64,000 bases of DNA, taken from NCBI GenBank assembly GCA_963812155.1, contig CAWETW010000001.1, positions 1 to 64,000 of the forward strand. The letters run 5' to 3'. Origin of the DNA: Vulcanimicrobiota bacterium (GTDB lineage Bacteria; Vulcanimicrobiota; Vulcanimicrobiia; Vulcanimicrobiales; Vulcanimicrobiaceae). Made by a program: the position numbers and the translations under genes. This document shows positions 19,880 through 29,037 of the stretch, piece by piece. Position 1 is the first letter of the stretch. Every line of letters begins with the position of its first letter. The notes beneath the pieces are model-generated. The model was not told where the DNA came from and did not search any database. It saw nothing but the letters and a program-made list of their open reading frames with translations.

Positions 19880-19921
19880 GCCATCCTCGGTTCGAACCAG
19901 GGACCTCATGCTTACCAAGCA
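19880..19921 (-). repeat. Direct repeat of the tRNA-Ile 3' half (att site)
   Basis: 40 of 42 nt identical to 21866..21907. Confidence 0.9.
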
Positions 19922-20043
19922 CATCCGGAGTCTAATCGCGCCCGCGTGAGCCGCCGAATCTGTGCTCAAATCGTGCGCTAGCGTCCGGTCGCGTTTACCA
20001 AAGTGCATAAAATAGCTTGTAAATAGGCTGACCGGTTGGCTCG

Positions 20044-20080
20044 GCATGCGCGCGGGCGGCGTGTCCGCCCGCGCGCATGC
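20044..20080 (-). terminator. 16-bp perfect hairpin downstream of the glycoside hydrolase gene
   Basis: GCATGCGCGCGGGCGG-cgtgt-CCGCCCGCGCGCATGC, 13 nt after the stop at 20094; no clear U tract. Confidence 0.55.
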
Positions 20081-20093
20081 GAGGACTGTGGCG

Positions 20094-21503
20094 CTACTGT
20101 TGCGCCCAAACGTCCTTTAACGCGTCGAGCGTGGGACGCGGCGTCAACACGTTGAGCTCGCCGCCTTGCGAGATCGAGTTGAGACCGAACCACGCGGCAT
20201 CGTTCCCGCAGCCTGGGAAGTAGCCAACGAATTTCTCATCGCCGACGTGTTTACCGCGATATGCCGGCTCGCCGGCTTTGGCTTTCCACCACTCGTCGGT
20301 CCACTCGAAATAGAAGCCGCCGGCGAGCATGCCGTTGGTCTGATACGCGGTGTGGATCAGACCGGCCATGTTCGTGGCGTAGTCGACCAGGCCCGCCATA
20401 TTGGGGTTGTGATCGGGGCCTTTCGGCAACTCGTCGACGTCGCGGTTTACCGGTCCGGTGGGGCCTTCGGGAGGAACACACGTTCCGTTCGTTTCGGTCT
20501 TGCGGGGCCGGTACTCGTACGTGTTCGACCATGCAGGATGGTAGGCTGCCGTTGCGCCGTACTCGGTAAGAAGAACCGGCTTAGTCGTCGTATCTTGGAT
20601 CTGTTCGAGCAGATCCGTGTACCAACGGCCGCGATAGAGGTTGTCGCCCCAGACATCGACTTGCGCGCCGTTCTTCTCGCCCCAATAGATTTGAGCGATC
20701 TGCTTGCGGCCGTCGACGTCAAAGGGCGTGACGCCGTCGAAGTCGGCGGTCGTCACGATTTTTTTCACGCCTTTCGAGGCAAACCCGTCCTTTGCGCCTT
20801 TGACGACCAGGTTGAAGTTATCCCACCACGGCTTTCCGGTCCAGCCCGTTCCTCCGGTAATCTCGTTGCTGATTGAAACGCCCATGACGGCGGGGTAGAG
20901 CGCGTACTTGGCGGCGAGACGTTGGTATTGTCCCGCGATGTCGCGGGCCGCGTCTTTGTTGTTGAGCGCGTCACCCGGGAACGAGATCGTCATCAGGACG
21001 AATATCGGGTCTTTCCCATTGTTCCAGGCTGCGTCGAGGAACTCGTCGATCGTTCCGAGTTTCTCGTCGTACGGCGGCGGCGCGACGTTGAAGACGCGGA
21101 TGGCGTTTACACCCATCGCCCGGATGAGCGGAAGGTCTCGCGACCAAATGGCCTTGTTATCGTTGCGAAGTGGATCGTCACACGACGGCGGATCGGATAG
21201 GCCGTTTCCAATCGGGGTCGGTGAGTAAGCCACTCCTTTTACAAAGAAATGTTGGGCCGCCTTCGCCCCTTGCTTGAAATCGATGTACCGTCCACTTGCG
21301 AAGAACTCGGTACGCGGCGACTGTTTGCCTTCGCCGCTCTTGCCCTTCTCGCAGCCGGCGACTAAGGGGACGGCGTTGAATGACGAATAGGTTGACTGCG
21401 GGCCGTTCAAGATCGAAGATCCGGTGCCGTTGCATCCGCTGAGCACTGCGAACGCGAGCGTCATAGCGGTCGCTGTGCTCGCGGACAATATGGAATGTCG
21501 CAC
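20094..21503 (-). CDS. Clan GH-A glycoside hydrolase lipoprotein (GH72/GH2-like)
   Basis: AAGGAG SD then GTG; lipobox [34 protein letters not shown] acid/base, LLTEYG nucleophile, [12 protein letters not shown]. Confidence 0.8.
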   Translation of the reverse strand: MRHSILSASTATAMTLAFAVLSGCNGTGSSILNGPQSTYSSFNAVPLVAGCEKGKSGEGKQSPRTEFFASGRYIDFKQGAKAAQHFFVKGVAYSPTPIGNGLSDPPSCDDPLRNDNKAIWSRDLPLIRAMGVNAIRVFNVAPPPYDEKLGTIDEFLDAAWNNGKDPIFVLMTISFPGDALNNKDAARDIAGQYQRLAAKYALYPAVMGVSISNEITGGTGWTGKPWWDNFNLVVKGAKDGFASKGVKKIVTTADFDGVTPFDVDGRKQIAQIYWGEKNGAQVDVWGDNLYRGRWYTDLLEQIQDTTTKPVLLTEYGATAAYHPAWSNTYEYRPRKTETNGTCVPPEGPTGPVNRDVDELPKGPDHNPNMAGLVDYATNMAGLIHTAYQTNGMLAGGFYFEWTDEWWKAKAGEPAYRGKHVGDEKFVGYFPGCGNDAAWFGLNSISQGGELNVLTPRPTLDALKDVWAQQ

Positions 21504-21627
21504 GGAAAGTAGCTCCTTACCCGTTTTTGAGTTTGTGGTGGTGGGCAGGGGATTCGAGGGCGAGTGGCCGCCTCCTAGTGAAGGAAGCCCGGTTGCCTTG
21601 TTGTCCCGCAGCACATTTAGGAAGATA

Positions 21628-21836
21628 CCGAAACATAAACCGCGCAAGGCGCACGTCTTGACGCAAGAAGAAGTCATTTGGAACGTCGCCATCGCGAGTG
21701 GCATTTCGCAGATCCACGTAGCATCGCGCTTGAGACGTGCAGCAATGCGACTGGCCACGGACCGGTACGGTCACATCATGCCCGGCCAACAGCGCGCCGC
21801 GGCGGACGCAATCGAGGCGGCATTGACACCAAAAAA
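21628..21836 (+). pseudogene. Tyrosine integrase remnant
   Basis: PKHKPRKAHVLTQEEV joined directly to IASGISQIHVASRLRRAAMRLATDRYGHIMPGQQRAAADAIE, resembling the integrase C-terminal VSERLGH...TLDxYxH...Q motif. Confidence 0.7.
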
Positions 21837-21859
21837 GGTGCGTCCCTTAGCGTTTTGTC

Positions 21860-21936
21860 TGGTGGGCCATCCTGGGTTCGAACCAGGGACCTCATGCTTA
21901 TCAAGCATGCGCTCTAACCAGCTGAGCTAATGGCCC
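21860..21936 (-). tRNA. tRNA-Ile(GAT)
   Basis: GGGCCAT/ATGGCCC acceptor, CATGC-TTGATAA-GCATG anticodon arm, encoded CCA; upstream TGCTATACT extended -10. Confidence 0.96.
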
Positions 21937-22015
21937 GGGAAGGCTGAAGTATAGCACGGTCGCCCCGCGCCTTCCTACCGGGTCACGCCGGTCAAAACCT
22001 CGACGTGCGCGACCG

Positions 22016-22741
22016 CTATGCGAGCGCCGACGGCACACCGAGCTGCGACGCGAACCACGATTCGAGTTTAACGAAGTCGTCCAACTCGGCGGCCCACGAG
22101 CCGCCCTGATAGAACGCCATGACGCCGGTCTGGCCGAGCTTGAACGCACCGACTGCGAGGATGAACGGATCGTTCCATTGGGGTAATGCGGATCTGTGGC
22201 CGGCGATCGTCTCCCGCGCCCACTCGATCTTACCGGCAACGAGTGCGTAGAGATACGGAATCGCTTTGGACGGATCGAACGCGAAGGTTTTAGCATCGTC
22301 GACATTCGATACGCCGGGCGCAGTGACGTACTTGAGTTTCAACTGGCAAATGCCCATGTCGAATCCGCTCAACTCCTTGGTTGGGTTGCTGCCCAAAAAG
22401 TTGCCGTTTTGGCAAAGCGGATCGAGCAGGCTTTCGCTGGCCATAAGGCCGAGCGCAATCGTTTGCGGCACGACTGACGTTGCAGGCTGCGACCGGACCG
22501 CGCTTGCGATCAGTGCCGCCTGCGGCGCGTGGATTTTATGAATAGTGACGCCCTTGGCAACGAAAGTCCACGTTTGCACGCCGAGCCGCCAGTACGATTG
22601 CATATTATTGTACCGAAGGATCGTCGAACCAAGCGTATCGAGTGAGACGGGAGAATTTGCATGCACGGGCAGCCCGGGTACTGCGAATCGGTCGATGATG
22701 TTGGTTTTGATCCATTTCAGAATGGTTCGTATCCAACTCAT
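22016..22741 (-). CDS. Hypothetical protein, possible lysozyme-like/SLT fold
   Basis: LMASESLLDP, DMGICQL, FDPSKAI and AVGAFKLG occur in SLT motif order. Confidence 0.55.
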   Translation of the reverse strand: MSWIRTILKWIKTNIIDRFAVPGLPVHANSPVSLDTLGSTILRYNNMQSYWRLGVQTWTFVAKGVTIHKIHAPQAALIASAVRSQPATSVVPQTIALGLMASESLLDPLCQNGNFLGSNPTKELSGFDMGICQLKLKYVTAPGVSNVDDAKTFAFDPSKAIPYLYALVAGKIEWARETIAGHRSALPQWNDPFILAVGAFKLGQTGVMAFYQGGSWAAELDDFVKLESWFASQLGVPSALA

Positions 22742-22884
22742 GCTGCGCACCTTCGGCAACCGCGTGCCATGCTCCGTTGTAGGACTATGCGGCAAGCGCT
22801 ATATCAGATAGTTGCAGACTCGCCAAACAGGAATGAGCGCAGCCCGCAGTCTCGAAACCTTTCATACTTAAAGGAGGCACTACC

Positions 22885-23934
22885 ATAATCGCTTTCCAGT
22901 ATCGTGCGCTCTTCGCGGTGAGTCTTGTGTCTCTCGCGTCGCTTCTCGCCGGGTGCAACGGCGGTACTACGTCACCGGCGATACCAGTAAGCTCGTCCCA
23001 TTTCAGGAAATCGAATGACGACATGGGCGGCATTAAGATCTGGGCGGCGGCAGAGCAGACCAGCAAGCTATTCGCCTTATCGTTGGGGGCAAAGGTCGTA
23101 CTCAACGTTATTTCCACCGAGGATCAGCCGGTTAAGGGCGGTAACCCGTTAACGCTCAAAGTTGACGGGAAAGATTTATATGTGACCGACCTGCGCGGAG
23201 GCAAAGCCGGCGTGGTTCAGGAGTACAAGGATGGGCTCTTTGCTCGCGCCTACTCGCCTGGTTGCCCGGTTTCCGATTGTTCGAATTTTACGGGTTCGCT
23301 CAGCGACACCGTCGTGGACAAAAGCCACGTTATCGCGATCATGAAACAAATCCAGTACCGGCATGGAAACGAGACCATCAGCGGCTCCGGGTACGAGTAC
23401 TGGCCTAAGGGAAATCCTTCGGCGACACCCGTCGCCGTGCTTCTGAGCAGTGATTGTTCGGCGATCTGTTTCTACGATGCGGGCGATGAGGATAGTTCCG
23501 GTAACCTCTGGCTTCGGGACTATGGGGCAGGCGCTTACGGCGTCGCGGAAATAACCAATCCAACCTCCAATCCGAGCATGAACCAAGGCTTGCCGCTCGA
23601 CACCTTCACGATAAACCATGGCGACATCGCCGGCTTCTCTATCAGCAACGCCGGAACGGTGCTCAACGTGGGAGATTCCAGCCATAAAATTTACCAATAC
23701 ACACTGCCAGTGACGTTCGGCAACTCGCCGTTCAATACGATAACGCCGTGCGTTCAAGGATGCGATCCACACGGCTTTGGTTTTAATAGTACGGACAAGT
23801 TCATGGTTGTCGGCGACGGCACGTCCACGGGATGGCTCGATATCGGCCAAGTCCCCACGAATCATTGGAAGAAGGTCACCAATCCGCAGTTTATCGTTCC
23901 TTTTAGCGCCGCGGTATATATGCCGGGCGGCTAG
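22885..23934 (+). CDS. Secreted beta-propeller-like lipoprotein
   Basis: Lipobox LLAGC; beta-rich repeats; AAGGAGG-N7-ATA in frame at 22885 (next canonical start GTG 22918). Confidence 0.7.
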   Translation: MIAFQYRALFAVSLVSLASLLAGCNGGTTSPAIPVSSSHFRKSNDDMGGIKIWAAAEQTSKLFALSLGAKVVLNVISTEDQPVKGGNPLTLKVDGKDLYVTDLRGGKAGVVQEYKDGLFARAYSPGCPVSDCSNFTGSLSDTVVDKSHVIAIMKQIQYRHGNETISGSGYEYWPKGNPSATPVAVLLSSDCSAICFYDAGDEDSSGNLWLRDYGAGAYGVAEITNPTSNPSMNQGLPLDTFTINHGDIAGFSISNAGTVLNVGDSSHKIYQYTLPVTFGNSPFNTITPCVQGCDPHGFGFNSTDKFMVVGDGTSTGWLDIGQVPTNHWKKVTNPQFIVPFSAAVYMPGG

Positions 23935-24197
23935 ATGAGCGAAATCCACTTCTTCATGATCTCGTCCTCGTTCTTGAGCTGCTCCATGAGCAATGCTTGC
24001 AGCGCTTCGTGTTCGCGGAGGAGTTCGGCGCGCTCCGCGATTTCGAAATCGAAGGCGGCGTGCTGCGCGGCGAGCTGTGCTTTTTGATCGTCGGAGAGAT
24101 CGCCGGTGGATTGCGCCGCGCCGCGGGTGACCGGCATGACCGATCGCGACGCCGGAGCGCCGCGATCGGTACGCAGGAGTGGAAGCGGGCCGGTCAC
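23931..24197 (-). CDS. Small helical protein, paralog of the upstream gene
   Basis: GTGA coupling to the upstream stop; C-terminus ERAELLREHEALQALLMEQLKNEDEIMKKWISLI. Confidence 0.7.
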   Translation of the reverse strand: MTGPLPLLRTDRGAPASRSVMPVTRGAAQSTGDLSDDQKAQLAAQHAAFDFEIAERAELLREHEALQALLMEQLKNEDEIMKKWISLI

Positions 24198-24523
24198 TCG
24201 GTAATCGACTGGATGAACTTCTTGGTGATGCTGTCGTCGGCTTTGCGCTGTGCCATGTCGACGTTGCGCAGCGTGTCGATTTCACGCATGTTTTCGCTGC
24301 GTTCGTTCATCATCTGATCGAAGATCTCAGACTGCATCTGCATCTGCTCTTGATTTTGCACTTCGGACGAATAGATGCCGAGCTGGAAGGTTTCGTCTTG
24401 GTTGTTGAGTGCGTTCATCGCGCCGTTTTCGACGCTGCCGACGCCGCCGCCCAAAGCACCGCCGAGCGCGCCGCCGAGCAAACCGGAACCGACTCCTTCG
24501 AGCATGGGAAGTAGAAAAGCCAT
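24194..24523 (-). CDS. Small Gly-rich/helical protein, pilin- or needle-like candidate
   Basis: Strong AAGGAG SD; GLLGGALGGALGGG N-terminus; Q/M/N-rich helical C-terminus ending KKFIQSITE. Confidence 0.75.
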   Translation of the reverse strand: MAFLLPMLEGVGSGLLGGALGGALGGGVGSVENGAMNALNNQDETFQLGIYSSEVQNQEQMQMQSEIFDQMMNERSENMREIDTLRNVDMAQRKADDSITKKFIQSITE

Positions 24524-24553
24524 TCGATCGTACTCCTTACAGTTGGCGGAGCG

Positions 24554-25233
24554 TTAGTCGCCGTCGTCGCCGGACAACAGTCCGGCGTAGTCGGCGACCT
24601 GCTGCTGGTAGGGCTGGGGCGCAGCGACCTGTTGCGGCGGCGTCAGTGCCGGCATGGATTGCGCTTGCGATTGAAGCGCACCCAACTCGGCGATGAGGGT
24701 GCGCAACTCGGCAACGGCCGTTTCTTGAGGATCGCCGGCTTCATCGGTCGCGCCTTGCGAGCCGGCCGGAATCGCCGGTTCGGTGGAAGCGGATCCCGTG
24801 AGGCGAGCGTAGTGCTGGAGGACTGAATCGGCGTACCCGAGGCGGCGCCCGCCGGGCCACTGCGTCGTGGTGCCGGTGGCGTCGGGATTGCCGGCGTTGT
24901 AGGCGGATAGCGCCCGATGGACGTTCCCGCCGTATTGCGAGAGCAGTCCCGACAGCATGCCGGCGGCATAATCGGCGTTCTGACCGGGTTCATCGCGCCG
25001 GGAGATTGGGCGAAGGCGTGCCAGCGGTCGTCGATCTGGAAGAGTCCGCGGCCGTGGCCGCCGTCGCCGACGACGTTCCGGCCGGCGTTGCTGCCGGGGC
25101 CGCCGGTTTCTTGGGCGGCGACCGCAGCGAGCAGCTCCGGGTCGACGCCGTGGCGGCGAGCGGCCGAGGCGATTTGGGGAGCGTAGGCGACGCCGTGGGA
25201 GGCGAGGCGAGATGCAGCGGAATCGACGTTCAT
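24554..25233 (-). CDS. Lytic transglycosylase (SLT domain), frameshifted near 24990
   Basis: HGVDPELLAAVAAQETG, GRGLFQID, then ALSAYNAG in the second frame. Confidence 0.85.
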
Positions 25234-25262
25234 GGTATGCGTCCATCCCGCGACGGCGGTAT

Positions 25263-25292
25263 TTGACAAGCCGCGGCGACGGGTCTTAAAAT
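25263..25292 (+). promoter_or_regulatory. Sigma70-type promoter of the yceD-rpmF-fab operon
   Basis: TTGACA-N18-TAAAAT, followed by a 12-bp leader hairpin at 25305..25331. Confidence 0.75.
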
Positions 25293-25351
25293 GTCCAGGT
25301 CGTGGAAGGCCTCGCCGCTGGCGGGGCCTTCATACTGCAACCGAAGGTGAC

Positions 25352-25853
25352 ATGGCTCGTTCGCACCAGGTCGACGTCGGCGGCCTCCTCGCCGGTGGGC
25401 ATCAGCGCATGCTCGTCGACGACGAGGTGCCGATCGAAGCGTTCGAAGGAATCGGTTTCCCGAATCCGGCCCGCGTCCAGCTGGAGTTGCGGTATGCCGA
25501 CCGGATGCTCGTCGTCGCGGGAACCGTCGACGCGCACGCCGCCGGTGAGTGCGATTCGTGCTTGGAACAGGTCGAACGCGTACGTTCACGTCGACGTCGA
25601 CGAGCGGCTCGATCCGTGGAACGACGGCGAGGACGATCCGTTCGGAGATGGCAACGTCATGGCGGGCAGCCGGCTCGACGTCGCCGACCTGGCGCAGCAG
25701 CTCGTGCTGAGCGTGCTGCCGATGGGCTTGCGGTGCAGCGACGATTGCAAGGGGCTTTGCGGCACCTGCGGAGCAAACAGGAACGCGAGCGCGTGCTCGT
25801 GCGAGAACGGAGACACACGTGGCAAATCTAAAATGGAAAACACCGCGCAGTAA
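25352..25853 (+). CDS. yceD: YceD/DUF177 protein, frameshifted near 25580
   Basis: ECDSCL and LPMGLRCSDDCKGLCGTCGANRN; lies upstream of rpmF. Confidence 0.88.
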
Positions 25854-26046
25854 GACGCGCAGCCGCCGTGCGGCAAACTGGAAACTGGACGCGGTGACCA
25901 CCGTCGAATGTCCGCAGTGCCATCAGCCGAAGCGCCCGCATTTCGCGTGCGAGAGCTGCGGCACGTACGCCGGCCGTCAGGTCATCGAAATTCGCGAAGA
26001 ACACGCCGGCGCACGAACGCGGCTGAGATGTCCCTGGACGGCGTGA
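25819..26046 (+). CDS. rpmF: 50S ribosomal protein L32 (3' end probably frameshifted)
   Basis: KTPRSKTRSRRA, CPQC...PHFACESCGTY. Confidence 0.92.
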   Translation: MANLKWKTPRSKTRSRRAANWKLDAVTTVECPQCHQPKRPHFACESCGTYAGRQVIEIREEHAGARTRLRCPWTA

Positions 26047-27019
26047 AGATCGTCGGCGTCGGACATTACGCACCGGCGAACGTCGTGACCAACAAGGATC
26101 TCGAGCAGTGGCTCGACACGTCCGACGAGTGGATCGCTCGCCGGACCGGAATGAAAAGCCGCCACTGGGCTCGGCCGGAAGAATCGACCAGCGATTTGGC
26201 TCTTGCGGCGGCCGGCGTTGCGCTCGAATACGCCGGACTCCGCCCGGCGGACATCGATTGCTACATCGTCTGCACCGTTACGCCCGACTACTATTTTCCG
26301 GCGACGGCGTGCCTCGTCGCCGCCCGCCTGGGTGCCAGGGAGAAACCGGCGTTCGACATCTCGATCGCCTGCAGCGGCTTCATCTACGGGCTGACGGTCG
26401 CATCGGCCTGATCCGCTCCGGCGTCTACAGGCGCGTGATGCTGATCGGCGCCGAGACGCTTTCGAAAATTCTCAACAAAGAGGACCGGTCGACCGCGATT
26501 CTCTTCGGCGACGGCGCGGGCGCCGTGATCTTGGAAGCGTCCGAGGAGAATTCGTTTCTCTCGTCCGAACTCGGGTCCGATGCAAGCAGGCCGGAATTGC
26601 TGTACGTCCGCGCGAGCGGGTCGCGCCATCCGATCGACCGCGCGGCGCTGGATGAGAAGCTCAATCTGATTCAGATGCAGGGCCGCGAAGTCTTTAAATC
26701 GGCCGTCATCAAGATGATCGATGCGACCGGCAAGGCGCTCGCCAAAGCAGACTTGACCAAGCACGACGTCACGCTGCTCATTCCGCATCAGGCCAACAAA
26801 CGCATCATCGATGCGGCCGCGAAGTATCTCGAAATGCCGGCCGACAAAGTGCGTCATCGAACATCGCACGAGTACGGAAACACGTCGGCCGCGTCGATTC
26901 CGATTGCGCTCTCGGAAACCGTGCGGGCGGGCCGTGATCGGCCGGGCGACGTCATCGTCTTCGTCGCGTTCGGCGGCGGCCTCTCGTGGGGCGCCGTCGC
27001 ATGGCGTTGGGCGGCATAA
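26028..27019 (+). CDS. fabH: 3-oxoacyl-ACP synthase III, frameshifted
   Basis: DTSDEWI, ACSGF, DRSTAILFGDGAGA, PHQAN, YGNTSAAS, FGGGLSWG. Confidence 0.93.
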
Positions 27020-27982
27020 TGCGCATCGGCGTCGATCTTTCCGGGCCAAGGTTCGCAAACCGTCGGCATGGGCGTCGACGTTGCGCGCCCAATCGCCGGA
27101 GGCGCGCGACCTGTTCGATCGCGCTCCGCCGCGTGCTCGGCTACGATTTGCTCGCGCTTGCAGAACGACGGCCCGGAAGAGAGGCTGCGCGAGACGCAGT
27201 TCAGCCAGCCCGCGATCTTCGTCACGAATCTCGCGCTCTACTATGCGGTCGGCGATGCGCCGCAGCCGGTCGTCAGCGCCGGGCATTCGTTCGGCGAATT
27301 CTGCAGCCTGATGATCGCCGGATCGCTGTCGTTCGAGGAGGCGCTTCGCATCGTCGACCGAACGCGGCCAGGCGATGCAGGACGCTGCGGAACTCGAAGC
27401 CGGCGGCGATGTCGGCGGTGCTCGGACTCGAGGCGGGTGCCGTGCGCGCGCGTCGCGGACGCGTTCGCGAACGACAACCGGGCGTCGCGTGCAACTGGCG
27501 AACTTCAACTCGCCGACGCAGATCGTGATCAGCGGCGACGACGTGCGGTGCGCGCCGCCGGCGACGCGATGCTCGCGGCCGGCGCAAAGCGCGTCGTCCC
27601 GCTCAACGTTTCGGGCGCGTGGCACAGCGAACTCATGGAGCCGGCGCGTCGCGCGCTTCGCCGGGCGCCGTCGAACGCGCGCACGTTCACGATGCCGCAC
27701 TTCGACGTCATTTCGAACGTCGACGCGCAGCCGTACCGCGACGTCGGACGGCATTCAGGCAGAATCTCGTGCGTTCGATCACCGACGAAGTGCGCTGGCA
27801 CGAAACCGCCGAACGTCTGCTGTCGTACGATCTCGACGTCGTCGTCGAGTTCGGCGCAAGCGCGCGTGCTCGCTCCGCTGATGAAGCGCATGGCCAACGC
27901 GCCGAAGCGATGCTCGTCGGTGAGCGACGTGGGCGTCGAGAAACTGCGCGCGAAGCTTGCGCGGCGACGGCATGAAGTTTGA
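27019..27982 (+). CDS. fabD: Malonyl-CoA:ACP transacylase, multiple frameshifts
   Basis: FPGQGSQ, TQFSQPA, GHSFGE, ANFNSPTQIVISG, LNVSGAWHSELM. Confidence 0.9.
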
Positions 27983-28730
27983 CGGAAAGAGTCGCGCTCA
28001 TCACCGGCGCCAGCCGCGGCATCGGCCGCGCCATTGCGATCGAATTTGCAACGCGCGGCGCGCGACGTCGCGCTCGTCGGACGCGACGTTGCCGCGCTGG
28101 AGGAAACGGCGGCCCTCTGCGCGGCGGCACGCCCGGGCGCGGTCGCGCATCTGTTCGCGCGACGTCACCGAGTCAAGCAGCGGTCGATTCGGCGGTCGCC
28201 GCAGAACCGCTGGCTCGCTTCGGCCGCATCGACTGTCGCCGTCGCCAATGCCGGCCAATCGATCGATGCGCTCCTGCTCCGCCTCAAGGCCGAGACGATC
28301 GACCAGATGCTCGACGTCAATCTGAAGTCGGCGTTCTATCTCTGCGCGCGCGGTCGCAAAGCCGATGATGAAGCAGCGCTCCGGTTCGATCGTGCTCGTG
28401 TCACGAGCATCGTCGGCATGACCGGCAACGCCGGGCAGGCCGCCTACGCCGCCTCGAAGGCCGGCCTGCTCGGGCTCTGCAAGTCCGTTGCGAAGGAGTT
28501 GGGTTCGAGGAACATAAGAGTCAACGCCGTCGCGCCGGGCCTCATCGAGACCGCGATGACCGAAAAGATGCCCGACGCCGCGACGGGAGTATCTTGATAA
28601 AGCAAGCCGCTCTCGGCCGGCCGGGAACGCCGGAGGACGTCAGCGGCGTCGGTCGCCTTCCTTTGTTCCGACGCCGCCGGGTACGTCACCGGTCAGACGA
28701 TCGTCGTCGACGGCGGCGTAGCTGATGTGA
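27972..28730 (+). CDS. fabG: 3-oxoacyl-ACP reductase, multiple frameshifts
   Basis: [42 protein letters not shown]. Confidence 0.9.
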
Positions 28731-28771
28731 GTACGCACGTCGAGTCATACCGTCGTCAATAAGGAGACGCA

Positions 28772-29016
28772 ATGTCCACCTTCGACAAAGTCAAGAAGAT
28801 CATCGTCGAGCAGCTCGGCGTCGACGAATCGGAAGTCACGCCCGAAGCGTCGATCACCGACGATCTCGGCGCCGATTCGCTCGACCAGGTCGAGCTGGTC
28901 ATGGCGTTCGAGACCGAGTTCAACATCGACATTCCCGACGAAGAAGCCGAGAAGATCAAGACCGTCGGCGACGCCGTGAACGCATCGACGAGGCGACCGC
29001 CGGCTCTTCGGCATAA
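28772..29016 (+). CDS. acpP: Acyl carrier protein (3' frameshift)
   Basis: [25 protein letters not shown]. Confidence 0.95.
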
Positions 29017-29037
29017 GCACGCGGCTGCGTTTCGTCA

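Larger units (their letters stand above)
19880..21907. mobile_element. Decayed integrative element at tRNA-Ile
   Basis: Bounded by the 42-bp repeats; holds an integrase remnant and one cargo gene. Confidence 0.75.

Noticed and set aside
19880..19921. Extra tRNA gene (anticodon reading GGT)
   Set aside because: Only the 3' half is present, with no D arm or 5' acceptor strand; better explained as an att repeat
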